DNA of 64,000 nucleotides from Escherichia coli (GCF_003018255.1 NZ_CP027440.1), one strand, 5' to 3'; positions 10,207 to 21,203 are shown, counted from the stretch's first letter. Notes: generated by a model from the sequence alone, not told the origin. Numbers and translations: made by a program.

Positions 10207-11109
10207 ATGAAACGAGTTATTTACCTGTTTGCTGTACTGCTGATGGGCTGGTCGGTAAATGCCTGGTCATTCGCCTGTAAAACCGCCAATGGCACCGCTA
10301 TCCCTATTGGCGGTGGCAGCGCTAATGTTTATGTAAACCTTGCGCCTGCCGTGAATGTGGGGCAAAACCTGGTCGTGGATCTTTCGACGCAAATCTTTTG
10401 CCATAACGATTATCCGGAAACCATTACAGACTATGTCACACTGCAACGAGGCTCGGCTTATGGCGGCGTGTTATCTAATTTTTCCGGGACCGTAAAATAT
10501 AGTGGCAGTAGCTATCCATTTCCGACCACTAGCGAAACGCCGCGCGTTGTTTATAATTCGAGAACGGATAAGCCGTGGCCGGTGGCGCTTTATTTGACGC
10601 CTGTGAGCAGTGCGGGCGGGGTGGCGATTAAAGCTGGCTCATTAATTGCCGTGCTAATTTTGCGACAGACCAACAACTATAACAGCGATGATTTCCAGTT
10701 TGTGTGGAATATTTACGCCAATAATGATGTGGTGGTGCCTACTGGCGGCTGTGATGTTTCTGCTCGTGATGTCACCGTTACTCTGCCGGACTATCCCGGT
10801 TCGGTGCCGATTCCTCTTACCGTTTATTGTGCGAAAAGCCAAAACCTGGGGTATTACCTCTCCGGCACAACCGCAGATGCGGGCAACTCGATTTTCACCA
10901 ATACCGCCTCGTTTTCACCAGCACAGGGCGTCGGCGTACAGTTGACGCGCAACGGTACGATTATTCCAGCGAATAACACGGTATCGTTAGGAGCAGTGGG
11001 GACTTCGGCGGTAAGTCTGGGATTAACGGCAAATTACGCACGTACCGGAGGGCAGGTGACTGCAGGGAATGTGCAATCGATTATTGGCGTTACTTTTGTT
11101 TATCAATAA
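10207..11109 (+). CDS. fimH: Mannose-specific tip adhesin FimH
   Basis: ORF starting MKRVIYLFAVLLMGWSVNAWSFACKTANGTAIPIGGGSANVYVNLAPAV (lectin domain), 300 aa; last gene of the fim operon. Confidence 0.93.
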   Translation: MKRVIYLFAVLLMGWSVNAWSFACKTANGTAIPIGGGSANVYVNLAPAVNVGQNLVVDLSTQIFCHNDYPETITDYVTLQRGSAYGGVLSNFSGTVKYSGSSYPFPTTSETPRVVYNSRTDKPWPVALYLTPVSSAGGVAIKAGSLIAVLILRQTNNYNSDDFQFVWNIYANNDVVVPTGGCDVSARDVTVTLPDYPGSVPIPLTVYCAKSQNLGYYLSGTTADAGNSIFTNTASFSPAQGVGVQLTRNGTIIPANNTVSLGAVGTSAVSLGLTANYARTGGQVTAGNVQSIIGVTFVYQ

Positions 11110-11182
11110 AGAAATCACAGGGCATTGCTAATGCAGGTACGCAATATTACCTGAAGCTAAAACCTGCACGTTAGCCCTTTGT

Positions 11183-11218
11183 ATGCCAGATAAGACGCGT
11201 CAGCGTCGCATCTGGCAT
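11183..11218. repeat. REP-type palindromic element between fimH and gntP
   Basis: ATGCCAGATAAGACGCGTCAGCGTCGCATCTGGCAT, a near-perfect palindrome of the E. coli REP class. Confidence 0.6.
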
Positions 11219-11250
11219 AAACAAAGCGCACTTTACCGACAATCCGAACA

Positions 11251-11285
11251 GAGCCTGCCATTGGCAGGCTCCGGTGTTCTTTTAC
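11251..11285 (+). terminator. Rho-independent terminator of the fim operon (abuts the gntP 3' end)
   Basis: Hairpin GAGCCTGCCA-TTG-GCAGGCTC followed by a T-rich tract (GTTCTTTTAC). Confidence 0.6.
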
Positions 11286-12625
11286 GCTACCATGCTAATA
11301 ATCAACACAATAATCAGCCCAACCACGGAGTTGACCAGCTCCAGCAGACCCCAGGTTTTCAACGTGTCTTTTACTGACAGGTCAAAGTAACCTTTGAACA
11401 ACCAGAAAGATGCATCGTTAATGTGCGTGAGGGTGTTGGAACCCGCAGCCGTCGCCAGCACCAGCAGCGCCGGATTCACGCCAACCAGCTGACCGGTTGC
11501 TGGATCAAGGATTGCAGCACTGATAATCCCGGCAGCGGTCATCGCCGAAACGACACCCTGACCCGTCGCCAGACGAATCAGTACGGTGATCAGCCATGCC
11601 ATGATGTAGGGCGAGATATTGCCGTGGGACATCAACATGCCGATGGTGTCGCCAATGCCGGTGTCGATGATGGTCTGCTTCAGCACGCCACCCGCACCGA
11701 TGATCAGAATCACCATTGCAATGCTTTTCACCGCGCTTTCAAAAGCGTTCATCACCCACTGCATGTCATGACCACGCGCGGTGCCAAAGAGTACGAATGC
11801 AACCACCATCGCAATAAACATTGCAATCGGCGAGGAACCGATAAAGTTAACCACTTCCCAGGCAGGGGTATCTTTTACCAGCCAGATATTGGCGATGGTG
11901 GTAGAGATCATAATGATCGCCGGGATCAGCGGCACCAGAATCGAAACGCCGAAAGAGGGCAGATTATTCATATCTACCGGTTGATCTGCTTTCAGGAATG
12001 ATGGCGTTGGGCGCTCAAGATTGCCGAGGAACTTCGGCAGGATCAGACCTGCGCAGATGACACTTGGGATCGTCACCAGTACGCCATAGATATAAACCAT
12101 CCCCATATCCGCGCCATAGGCATTCACCAGCGCCACCGGACCCGGCTGCGGTGGGAACAGTGAATGTGCGGTAGTGGCAGCTGCTACTGCCGGGATCGCC
12201 AGTTTCAGGAACGGAATTTTAGCTTCGGCGGCAATAACAATAACCAGCGGCGCCAGCATAATAAAGGCCACTTCATAGAACATCGCCAGACCAAAAATAA
12301 GTCCGATGATAATCACTGATATCTGAACATAGCGCAGGCCGAGACGTGCCAGCAGGGTATGCGCTATCTGGTGAGCAGCGCCGGAGTCGACCATCAATTT
12401 ACCGATGACCGCACCAAACACCACGATGATCGCCAGTTCCCCCAGCGTGTTGCCGAAACCTGCTTTCATGGTGTGCAGCAGCGACATCAAATCCATACCG
12501 GCCAGCATCCCGACGGACAGCGCCGCCACCAACAAAGCCACCATCGAATTGATTTTGAACTTCAAATTCAGTACCAGCATCAGGCCAATGCCGAATACCA
12601 CCCAGAGAATGTTAAGCACATGCAT
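11282..12625 (-). CDS. gntP: Gluconate/fructuronate:H+ symporter GntP
   Basis: 447-aa polytopic membrane protein of the GntP permease family; divergent from uxuA. Confidence 0.9.
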   Translation of the reverse strand: MHVLNILWVVFGIGLMLVLNLKFKINSMVALLVAALSVGMLAGMDLMSLLHTMKAGFGNTLGELAIIVVFGAVIGKLMVDSGAAHQIAHTLLARLGLRYVQISVIIIGLIFGLAMFYEVAFIMLAPLVIVIAAEAKIPFLKLAIPAVAAATTAHSLFPPQPGPVALVNAYGADMGMVYIYGVLVTIPSVICAGLILPKFLGNLERPTPSFLKADQPVDMNNLPSFGVSILVPLIPAIIMISTTIANIWLVKDTPAWEVVNFIGSSPIAMFIAMVVAFVLFGTARGHDMQWVMNAFESAVKSIAMVILIIGAGGVLKQTIIDTGIGDTIGMLMSHGNISPYIMAWLITVLIRLATGQGVVSAMTAAGIISAAILDPATGQLVGVNPALLVLATAAGSNTLTHINDASFWLFKGYFDLSVKDTLKTWGLLELVNSVVGLIIVLIISMVA

Positions 12626-12964
12626 AACGTTTTACCTTACCTGGTTGAACCGTTGTTATTTTGGGCGACATGTTATGTAAATTGGTCAACCATTGTTGCG
12701 ATGAATGTCACATCCTCTGATCAATAACCATCGATTACCCTTTGCTGCAATTTGCAGCAACAACCAGGAGAGTGAAATTCTTGTGATGTGGTTAACCAAT
12801 TTCAGATTTCGGGTTGACATGTCTTACCAAAAGGTAGAACTTATACGCCATCTCATCCGATGCAACGCCACGGCTGCGGTCTGGTTGTTCATCCGGATAC
12901 CTAAACAACTCCGGGGCTCCACGTCTCTTTGCTGTGGAACCCACTATGTGAAAGAGGAAAAATC

Positions 12965-14149
12965 ATGGAACAGACCTGGCGCTGGTACGGCCCAAACGAT
13001 CCGGTTTCTTTAGCTGATGTCCGTCAGGCGGGCGCAACTGGCGTGGTTACCGCGCTGCACCATATCCCGAACGGCGAAGTATGGTCCGTAGAAGAGATCC
13101 TCAAACGCAAGGCGATCGTTGAAGACGCAGGCCTGGTGTGGTCTGTCGTTGAAAGCGTACCAATTCACGAAGATATCAAAACCCACACTGGCAACTATGA
13201 GCAGTGGATTGCTAACTATCAGCAGACCCTGCGCAACCTGGCGCAGTGCGGCATTCGCACCGTGTGCTACAACTTCATGCCGGTGCTCGACTGGACCCGT
13301 ACTGACCTCGAATACGTGCTGCCAGACGGCTCCAAAGCTCTGCGCTTCGACCAGATCGAATTCGCTGCATTCGAAATGCATATCCTGAAGCGTCCAGGCG
13401 CGGAAGCGGATTACACCGAAGAAGAAATTGCTCAGGCAGCTGTTCGCTTCGCCACTATGAGCGACGAAGACAAAGCGCGTCTGACCCGTAACATCATTGC
13501 CGGTCTGCCAGGTGCGGAAGAAGGGTATACCCTCGACCAGTTCCGTAAGCACCTGGAGCTGTACAAAGATATCGACAAAGCGAAGCTGCGCGAAAACTTC
13601 GCTGTCTTCCTGAAAGCGATTATTCCAGTTGCTGAAGAAGTTGGCGTGCGTATGGCGGTTCACCCGGACGATCCGCCGCGCCCGATCCTCGGCCTGCCGC
13701 GCATTGTTTCCACCATTGAAGATATGCAGTGGATGGTTGATACCGTAAACAGCATGGCGAACGGTTTCACCATGTGCACCGGTTCCTACGGCGTGCGTGC
13801 TGACAACGATCTGGTTGATATGATCAAGCAGTTCGGTCCGCGTATTTACTTCACCCATCTGCGCTCCACCATGCGTGAAGATAACCCGAAAACCTTCCAC
13901 GAAGCGGCGCACCTGAACGGTGACGTTGATATGTACGAAGTGGTGAAAGCGATTGTTGAAGAAGAACACCGTCGTAAAGCGGAAGGCAAAGAAGACCTGA
14001 TCCCGATGCGTCCGGACCACGGTCATCAGATGCTGGACGACCTGAAGAAGAAAACCAATCCTGGTTACTCCGCAATTGGTCGTCTGAAAGGCCTGGCCGA
14101 AGTTCGCGGTGTCGAACTGGCGATCCAGCGCGCTTTCTTTAGCCGTTAA
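12965..14149 (+). CDS. uxuA: D-mannonate dehydratase UxuA
   Basis: Start trimmed to [28 protein letters not shown] (394 aa); followed by uxuB. Confidence 0.93.
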
Positions 14150-14229
14150 TATCCACCGGCATGGCTGCGCGCCGTGCCGGTTCCTTCTTCCTTGCCGTCA
14201 CTCTCTGAAGACGGATTCTGGAGTTTACG

Positions 14230-15690
14230 ATGACTACTATTGTTGACAGCAATCTGCCGGTTGCCCGCCCGTCATGGGATCATTCTCGTCTGGAATCACG
14301 CATTGTGCATCTCGGTTGCGGGGCGTTTCACCGCGCGCACCAGGCGCTGTACACTCATCACCTGCTGGAAAGCACGGATAGCGACTGGGGGATCTGCGAA
14401 GTTAACCTGATGCCAGGCAACGACCGCGTGCTGATCGAAAACCTGAAAAAACAGCAACTGCTGTACACCGTGGCGGAAAAAGGCGCAGAAAGCACCGAGC
14501 TGAAAATTATCGGTTCGATGAAAGAAGCCCTGCACCCGGAAATCGACGGTTGCGAAGGTATTCTCAACGCGATGGCGCGTCCGCAGACGGCGATTGTCTC
14601 TCTGACGGTCACGGAAAAAGGCTACTGCGCAGATGCGGCAAGCGGTCAACTGGATCTCAATAACCCGCTGATCAAGCACGATCTGGAAAACCCGACTGCG
14701 CCGAAGTCTGCGATTGGTTACATCGTAGAAGCCCTGCGTCTGCGTCGTGAAAAAGGGCTGAAAGCATTTACGGTGATGTCCTGCGATAACGTGCGTGAAA
14801 ACGGTCATGTGGCGAAGGTTGCCGTTCTTGGGCTGGCTCAGGCGCGTGACCCGCAACTGGCGGCATGGATTGAAGAGAACGTCACCTTCCCGTGCACCAT
14901 GGTTGACCGCATCGTTCCGGCGGCGACGCCAGAAACCTTACAGGAAATTGCTGACCAGCTGGGTGTTTACGACCCGTGCGCCATTGCCTGCGAACCGTTC
15001 CGTCAGTGGGTAATTGAAGATAACTTCGTTAATGGTCGTCCGGACTGGGATAAAGTCGGCGCGCAGTTTGTTGCGGATGTTGTACCGTTCGAAATGATGA
15101 AGCTGCGTATGCTGAACGGTAGCCACTCTTTCCTGGCGTACCTCGGTTACCTCGGCGGCTATGAAACTATTGCCGACACCATGACTAACCCGGCTTATCG
15201 CAAAGCGGCCTTTGCCCTGATGATGCAGGAACAAGCGCCAACGCTGTCGATGCCGGAAGGTACAGACCTGAACGCTTATGCGACGCTGCTGATCGAGCGT
15301 TTCAGCAACCCGTCTCTGCGTCACCGTACCTGGCAGATTGCAATGGACGGCAGCCAGAAGTTACCGCAGCGTCTGCTGGACCCGGTGCGTCTGCACCTGC
15401 AAAACGGCGGTAGCTGGCGTCACCTGGCGCTGGGCGTGGCGGGCTGGATGCGTTACACCCAGGGCGTGGATGAGCAGGGTAATGCCATTGACGTGGTTGA
15501 CCCGATGCTGGCGGAGTTCCAGAAGATCAACGCGCAGTATCAGGGTGCAGACCGCGTGAAAGCACTGCTGGGCCTGAGCGGTATCTTTGCCGATGATCTG
15601 CCGCAGAACGCCGACTTTGTTGGCGCGGTGACGGCGGCATATCAGCAGCTGTGTGAGCGCGGTGCGCGCGAGTGTGTGGCTGCGCTGTAA
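14230..15690 (+). CDS. uxuB: D-mannonate oxidoreductase (fructuronate reductase) UxuB
   Basis: 486-aa ORF, mannitol-dehydrogenase family; operon partner of uxuA. Confidence 0.93.
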   Translation: MTTIVDSNLPVARPSWDHSRLESRIVHLGCGAFHRAHQALYTHHLLESTDSDWGICEVNLMPGNDRVLIENLKKQQLLYTVAEKGAESTELKIIGSMKEALHPEIDGCEGILNAMARPQTAIVSLTVTEKGYCADAASGQLDLNNPLIKHDLENPTAPKSAIGYIVEALRLRREKGLKAFTVMSCDNVRENGHVAKVAVLGLAQARDPQLAAWIEENVTFPCTMVDRIVPAATPETLQEIADQLGVYDPCAIACEPFRQWVIEDNFVNGRPDWDKVGAQFVADVVPFEMMKLRMLNGSHSFLAYLGYLGGYETIADTMTNPAYRKAAFALMMQEQAPTLSMPEGTDLNAYATLLIERFSNPSLRHRTWQIAMDGSQKLPQRLLDPVRLHLQNGGSWRHLALGVAGWMRYTQGVDEQGNAIDVVDPMLAEFQKINAQYQGADRVKALLGLSGIFADDLPQNADFVGAVTAAYQQLCERGARECVAAL

Positions 15691-15714
15691 CTAACTGATT
15701 ACCCTACAGACTTA

Positions 15715-15759
15715 CTGGTCAATCAAACTAATATTTGGTTGACCAGTTTTCGTTTTTTT
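15715..15759 (+). terminator. Rho-independent terminator after uxuB
   Basis: Stem CTGGTCAA ... TTGACCAG followed by TTTTCGTTTTTTT. Confidence 0.7.
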
Positions 15760-15833
15760 GCCCACCTGTACGTGCCAACATCCAGTGCTAATGGTATAGT
15801 TTGAGCTTAACGGGTGCCGTAAAATTGCCCGTT

Positions 15834-15866
<33 letters not shown>

Positions 15867-15904
15867 AAAAAATTTGATTAACCGCACCTAACGGACACAA
15901 CACC

Positions 15905-16678
15905 ATGAAATCTGCCACCTCTGCGCAAAGACCTTACCAGGAAGTCGGGGCGATGATCCGCGATCTGATCATAAAGACGCCGTACAATCCTGGCGAACGG
16001 CTGCCACCGGAGCGTGAAATTGCAGAAATGCTTGATGTCACGCGGACGGTGGTACGTGAAGCGCTGATCATGCTGGAGATCAAAGGGCTGGTGGAAGTGC
16101 GCCGGGGTGCCGGTATTTATGTTCTTGATAGCTCAGGCAGCCACAACACAGACAGTCCGGATGCCAACGTCTGTAATGATGCCGGTCCTTTTGAGCTGTT
16201 ACAGGCGCGTCAGTTACTGGAAAGTAACATCGCGGAATTTGCCGCTTTGCAGGCTACCCGCGAAGATATCGTCAAAATGCGTCAGGCATTGCAACTGGAA
16301 GAGCGTGAACTGGCTTCCAGCGCGCCGGGTAGCAGCGAAAGCGGTGATATGCAGTTCCATCTCGCCATTGCCGAAGCAACGCATAACAGCATGCTGGTGG
16401 AGTTATTCCGTCAGTCCTGGCAGTGGCGGGAAAACAATCCAATGTGGATCCAATTGCACAGCCATCTCGATGACAGCCTGTATCGCAAAGAGTGGTTGGG
16501 CGATCACAAACAGATCCTCGCCGCGTTAATCAAAAAAGATGCCCGTGCGGCGAAGCTGGCAATGTGGCAGCATCTGGAAAACGTTAAACAACGTCTGCTG
16601 GAATTCTCGAACGTTGACGATATTTATTTTGACGGCTATCTGTTTGATTCATGGCCGCTGGATAAAGTCGACGCCTGA
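15905..16678 (+). CDS. uxuR: GntR-family repressor of hexuronate genes UxuR
   Basis: 257-aa ORF with N-terminal GntR winged helix-turn-helix and FadR-type C-terminal domain; downstream of uxuAB. Confidence 0.92.
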   Translation: MKSATSAQRPYQEVGAMIRDLIIKTPYNPGERLPPEREIAEMLDVTRTVVREALIMLEIKGLVEVRRGAGIYVLDSSGSHNTDSPDANVCNDAGPFELLQARQLLESNIAEFAALQATREDIVKMRQALQLEERELASSAPGSSESGDMQFHLAIAEATHNSMLVELFRQSWQWRENNPMWIQLHSHLDDSLYRKEWLGDHKQILAALIKKDARAAKLAMWQHLENVKQRLLEFSNVDDIYFDGYLFDSWPLDKVDA

Positions 16679-17082
16679 TCCCTCATTTCTGGTGCAAAGT
16701 TGAACCGCTTTGCACTATGTATGTTCCCTGAATAGTTAATTATGTTCTGCAGAATATATTATGCGTAAATTAATCATTACGTACGATATATTGTTTTGGA
16801 ATAATTATATATCAGTTTAACGCTGAGAAATTATTCGGAATAATCAGAATATGTTAACGTATTTCCGTTATGTTTAATGACTTTTGTCAAATGATACCTT
16901 TTTAAATAAAAAGTCAGTGGATATTCTTTTCTGTACAGTGTTTTATCTTTGGCGGATCTTATAAATCCCTTATGAAAGTGCCAGGGACGCAATGAGCATA
17001 AAGGAATGATTATGGAATATGAGCATCAACCCAGTGGTGTCCGGCAGCCAGGGCAGGATACAGATGCCACTAAACGTCAGGA

Positions 17083-17475
17083 GTGCGCAAAATGATGCGC
17101 CAATCAGTTCAGACGGTATTACCTGAAAGTACAGGACACAATACGTTATCGCTGCGTGATTCCGTATGCCGGGATCTCTTTCAACTTTTTAGTTCTCCCC
17201 ATTCACCGCTACCAATATTACTTGTTTCAGGCATGCCTGAGTGGCAAGGGCATAATCAGAGCGACAAGCTTCTCCAGAGTTGGTATTGCCGCCAGTTACG
17301 TTCCGCGCTTTTATTTCATGAGCCACGTATTGCGGCATTGCAGGTCAATCTGAAAGAAGCCTATTGCCACGAGTTGGCCATTAGTCTGGAGATGATGCTG
17401 TACCACGATGATGAGCCGCTAACGTTTGACCTGGTCTGGCAGAAGGGGAACTGGCATCGCACGATGCCGCAGTAA
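17083..17475 (+). CDS. iraD: Anti-adaptor protein IraD (RpoS stabilisation after DNA damage)
   Basis: 130-aa ORF ending ...[23 protein letters not shown], recognised as YjiD/IraD; the exact start among M1/M4/M5 is uncertain. Confidence 0.8.
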   Translation: MRKMMRQSVQTVLPESTGHNTLSLRDSVCRDLFQLFSSPHSPLPILLVSGMPEWQGHNQSDKLLQSWYCRQLRSALLFHEPRIAALQVNLKEAYCHELAISLEMMLYHDDEPLTFDLVWQKGNWHRTMPQ

Positions 17476-17522
17476 ATGACGGGAAACGCGATACGCGCAA
17501 GACGTATCGCGTTAGGTCACAA

Positions 17523-17864
17523 TTAGTGGGAGGCTCTGATTGCTGCTTTCAAGGCCGGAAGCCGGGATGGACTGGCACTGAGCTTATCAATCCCCATGGT
17601 GAGCAGTCGTGCTGTTTGCTGGATATCTCCAGCCATTTCGCCGCACATACTGACCGGAATTTCATTATTACGTCCGGCCTGACACACCATAGCAATAGCG
17701 TTAATCACCGCGTCATTACAATAATCGACCAGTTTCGCGACGGTGCTATTTCCTCTGTCTGCCGCCATAATATATTGCGTCATATCGTTGGTGCCGATGG
17801 AAAAGAAATCGACTTCACTGGCTAATTTGTCTGCAATCATGACTGCGGCAGGAACCTCAATCAT
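17523..17864 (-). pseudogene. Orphan C-terminal fragment of a PEP-utilizing enzyme (PTS Enzyme I-like)
   Basis: Translation MIEVPAAVMIADKLASEVDFFSIGTNDMTQYIMAADRGNS...MCGEMAGD matches the C-terminal TIM-barrel of PtsI-type enzymes (PtsI has MIEIPAA...KEVDFFSIGTNDLTQY...MCGELAGD). There is no room for the roughly 450 N-terminal residues before the hypT stop at 17901. Confidence 0.6.
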
Positions 17865-17900
17865 AATTCCCAGCGCCGGAAGATTTTCTGCAGAAAACTT

Positions 17901-18812
17901 TCAACCAGGTTCAATCTCCAGCTCGCGCAGTTCACGCCAGAAGCGTTCGGCAATTGGATTCATGCGGGTATTCATCCGGTATGCGTAGGCCTGAATCGGG
18001 ATCACCAGTTCTTCCCGATTCAGTACAACGAGCTGCCCGCTGCGAATTTCTTGTTGGATAGCGTATTCCGGCAGCCAGGCAATCCCACAGCCGTCGAGGG
18101 CAACCTGCTTTAATAGCTCGCTCATCGAAGAGACAAAAAAGGTGCTGAAACTCAACTCACTGTGGCGCGTCAGGGTGCGATTAATCAATCGCCCCATGTA
18201 GGAGTTGCGGCTGTAATTCAGTAACGGAAAGTGTGGCTGCGCGAGGTTAAACAGTGCTTCTCCGTGTTCGTCACTGGCGCAGACGGGGAATAATTGAGAT
18301 TCAAATAAGCGAATGTGGTCAAACGGCGCTTCCAGCAAATCTTCGTCGTGAAAGGAAAAAATACAGTCACTTTGCCCTTCGCGCAGTTTATCGACCGCTT
18401 CATCGACATCAATGGCTTCAATTGCCCAGGTAAAGAGCGGCGGCATCTGGCTGATAATGGACGGTAACAGACCGAGGGAAAGAGAGTGTGCAGCGGCTAT
18501 CTTGATTTTACGTTGCGCGTAATCGCTGCCGCCACGCAGCTCTGCCAGGTTGCTTTCTAACTGTTGCAACAGATGGCGGATCTGCGAATGGAAGATTTTC
18601 CCTTGTTCCGAGAGTTGCAGCGGCGTCACCTGGCGGTTAAACAATTCAACGCCAATCGCCTGTTCCAGTGCACGGATGCGGCGGCTGAATGCCGGTTGCG
18701 AGACGTTGCGACTGACTGCCGCCTGGGAAAAATTGCGACATTTTTCCAGGGTCAGAAAATCATAAAGCCATTTGGTTTCAATGTTATGCAAAACCGCACC
18801 ACAGTCATCCAT
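17901..18812 (-). CDS. hypT: LysR-family hypochlorite-responsive regulator HypT (YjiE)
   Basis: LysR helix-turn-helix (YDFLTLEKCRNFSQAAVSRNVSQPAFSRRIRALE); start trimmed to MDDCGAVLHNIETKW (303 aa). Confidence 0.88.
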   Translation of the reverse strand: MDDCGAVLHNIETKWLYDFLTLEKCRNFSQAAVSRNVSQPAFSRRIRALEQAIGVELFNRQVTPLQLSEQGKIFHSQIRHLLQQLESNLAELRGGSDYAQRKIKIAAAHSLSLGLLPSIISQMPPLFTWAIEAIDVDEAVDKLREGQSDCIFSFHDEDLLEAPFDHIRLFESQLFPVCASDEHGEALFNLAQPHFPLLNYSRNSYMGRLINRTLTRHSELSFSTFFVSSMSELLKQVALDGCGIAWLPEYAIQQEIRSGQLVVLNREELVIPIQAYAYRMNTRMNPIAERFWRELRELEIEPG

Positions 18813-18876
18813 TACGTTATACTCTGTCAGCCGCCCTTGCGGGCATTCTACGTCCATTCGGGCGGCTGACAACCGG

Positions 18877-20049
18877 TTATGCCGTTTCAAACGTTCCTTT
18901 CACGCAGGCTTTGCCGTCTTTGACCATCAGTTTGCCGCGAGCGTATACCTGCTCAATGCGCAATTCAGGCGTCATGACCAGTAAGTCTGCGTCATTGCCT
19001 GGCAGAATTTCGCCTTTCCCGGTCAGGTTAAGGAAACCGGCTACGCTACTGGTGAGCGGGCGCAGGGCATCGCTAAGGCTGAAGCTATAGTCTTTGACCA
19101 ACATTTGCACGGTTTCCAGCAATGTTTCAAAACCTGCAACACCGATATGGGTTAAATTTCCTTCGTCATCAAAGAACGGCTGGCTACCGTTGCCGTCGGA
19201 GCTGAGGGTGACGCGTGCCAGCGGAATACCCGCCTGAACGGCGCGGGCAATACCTTCGGCAGGGGCGACCGGTTCGTCAATGCTACTGGTGATGTCGATG
19301 GTGCCGCCTTTGCGCGCGAACTCCAGCGCCTGCTCAAACAACGGAACGTTGCGGTTAACGTGGGTCGGCAGCAGCTTGCTGATCGGCACATCGCAGTTTT
19401 CCAGCAGGTCATAGACAGGCTGTAACGCCTTTTTGCTGTCGCCCATGTGGAACACGGTGACGCCAGGTTTACCGCCAAGCAAACCGCCAACGCGGGATTC
19501 CGCCGCCATATTAGCCAGGTGATAAACGTCAGGTGCGGCAGAACGGTGATCAGAGATGGCGCATTTCACACCAATCACGCGATCGATAATCGCCACGTCT
19601 TTTTCCACGGAACCTGTAATGGTGCGGGAAGGGACATGATAAGCGCCGGTCAGCATCCAGGCGCTGATGCCTTCTTCATTGAGCGCACGGGTCTTGGCGA
19701 GCAGGGATTCCGGGTGGCGAGAGATAGAGTCGGTACCCAGCAGACCAACCACTGACGTGACGCCCGCTTCCGTCAGACGACTTAACGCCACTTCCGGCGT
19801 GCGTGTCGTGGGACCTGCTTCGCCGCCACCACCAATCAAATGGACGTGTTGATCAATAAAACCTGGGCAGAGGATCTGCCCGCTGAGATCGACAACCGTG
19901 CAGTCTGGTACAATGTCAGAAGGGATGTTGCTGGCAACGGCAATAATTTTGCCGTTAGCGATGAGGACATCGCAAATTCCCCGATCTTCCGGCGCATACA
20001 AATGCGCTCCCTGCAGCAGGGTAAAACCGGCTGCGGAATAATCAATCAT
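18877..20049 (-). CDS. iadA: Isoaspartyl dipeptidase IadA
   Basis: 390-aa amidohydrolase-superfamily ORF (HVHLIGGGGEAG metal-binding region). Confidence 0.92.
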   Translation of the reverse strand: MIDYSAAGFTLLQGAHLYAPEDRGICDVLIANGKIIAVASNIPSDIVPDCTVVDLSGQILCPGFIDQHVHLIGGGGEAGPTTRTPEVALSRLTEAGVTSVVGLLGTDSISRHPESLLAKTRALNEEGISAWMLTGAYHVPSRTITGSVEKDVAIIDRVIGVKCAISDHRSAAPDVYHLANMAAESRVGGLLGGKPGVTVFHMGDSKKALQPVYDLLENCDVPISKLLPTHVNRNVPLFEQALEFARKGGTIDITSSIDEPVAPAEGIARAVQAGIPLARVTLSSDGNGSQPFFDDEGNLTHIGVAGFETLLETVQMLVKDYSFSLSDALRPLTSSVAGFLNLTGKGEILPGNDADLLVMTPELRIEQVYARGKLMVKDGKACVKGTFETA

Positions 20050-20061
20050 GGTAACTCCTTG

Positions 20062-20523
20062 TTAAACAATAAGCTGCATAACCCAGATCGACAGCAATGC
20101 GTTAATCACGCAGACCGTAATGATATGCGGGTAATATTTGGCATTCACTTCGGCTGTTCCCAGGCAGCGACCGACATTTTGCACCGGGTTGCCCATTAAA
20201 TACATCGCGGGCAGTAAAACGGTGACATCGTGGCCGGTTAATGCGCCAGCGGTTGCCAGACTGGCGGCAACACCGACTGCGCCGCCCATGCTCATCAATG
20301 CGGCTAAAAGGACGGTTGCCGCTTCACCGGGCAATCCCCACAGCGCCATTACGGGTTCACAGATATGTCCCACCCAGTCGAGCAGGCCAGTAATTTTCAG
20401 CGCCTGGATGATGACAAAGGCCATCACCACGTTTGGCAGCAGGTTGGTGGTAGCGATAGTAAAGCCACGGCGCGCGCCATCAATAAACATATCCATGACG
20501 TTTTTGCGGACCTGAGTTGTCAT
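20062..20523 (-). CDS. yjiG: Inner-membrane protein YjiG (SpmB-like)
   Basis: 153-aa hydrophobic ORF; overlaps the yjiH stop by 4 nt; synteny. Confidence 0.85.
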   Translation of the reverse strand: MTTQVRKNVMDMFIDGARRGFTIATTNLLPNVVMAFVIIQALKITGLLDWVGHICEPVMALWGLPGEAATVLLAALMSMGGAVGVAASLATAGALTGHDVTVLLPAMYLMGNPVQNVGRCLGTAEVNAKYYPHIITVCVINALLSIWVMQLIV

Positions 20524-21203
20524 GCTTGCGCTCCTTGCGTTGGGTTGCGACGTTCTTCGAAGTTAAGCCAGACGCGCAAAATGTTGGCTCCGACAAATTT
20601 AAACACCAGGATGACGGCTAAAGGTACGATTACGGACGTGCCCAGAAAGGCAAACACCGCGACGCCGGAAGAGAAGTAGTTGGTGATGATGGCGCTACCG
20701 CTGGTTTGATAGGCGGCGAATATCACTTTATCACGTTCGGTAATTTCCCCTTCCTGCGCCAGTTCTTTGGTCATACCTGCGGCGGCATCGGTGTTTTGCA
20801 GGTTAGCAATCAGCGCCAGTGAACAGATGCCTGGAATGCCCAACAACGGTTTTAGCACGGGCGTCATTAACTGCTGCGCGGCGCGTAATCCGCCAAGACC
20901 ATCGGTAATTGAAATAATCCCCAGAGAGAGAATGACTGACGGTGCCAGTTCCAGCGCGAAGAGAAAGCCATCTTTAGCTCCTGTGCCACCTGCGCCGCGA
21001 AACGAGGTGGTGGCGCCATTCGCACCAGGCAGTTGCCCAAACGATCCGTTCAGCACGGAAAAATCAAAAACGCGCCACCAACTGTCTGTCCCGGAAAAAA
21101 CACCGGAAAAAAAGATTATGGTGAGAAAAAAAGCCAGATACCCTTTAATGCCCACTTTTTCTGTCGCCAGCTCCCCGGCTACAGCATCCCCTTGTTGTGT
21201 CAT
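20520..21203 (-). CDS. yjiH: Inner-membrane protein YjiH (nucleoside-recognition/SpmA-like domain)
   Basis: Start trimmed to MTQQGDAV (227 aa); translationally coupled to yjiG. Confidence 0.82.
   Translation of the reverse strand: MTQQGDAVAGELATEKVGIKGYLAFFLTIIFFSGVFSGTDSWWRVFDFSVLNGSFGQLPGANGATTSFRGAGGTGAKDGFLFALELAPSVILSLGIISITDGLGGLRAAQQLMTPVLKPLLGIPGICSLALIANLQNTDAAAGMTKELAQEGEITERDKVIFAAYQTSGSAIITNYFSSGVAVFAFLGTSVIVPLAVILVFKFVGANILRVWLNFEERRNPTQGAQA

Noticed and set aside
11183-11377. 64-aa ORF starting MPDKTRQRRIWHK
   Set aside because: It starts inside the REP palindrome, and the REP-encoded peptide (DKTRQRRIWH-like) is a well-known spurious translation. It also overlaps the gntP 3' end.
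11423-12001. 192-aa ORF on the plus strand
   Set aside because: Antisense within gntP; Arg/His-rich nonsense translation.
13010-14026. 338-aa ORF on the minus strand
   Set aside because: Lies entirely antisense within uxuA, which has a recognisable dehydratase translation. Long antisense ORFs are common in GC-rich, codon-biased genes. No independent support.
14296-14856. 186-aa ORF on the minus strand
   Set aside because: Antisense within uxuB; no features.
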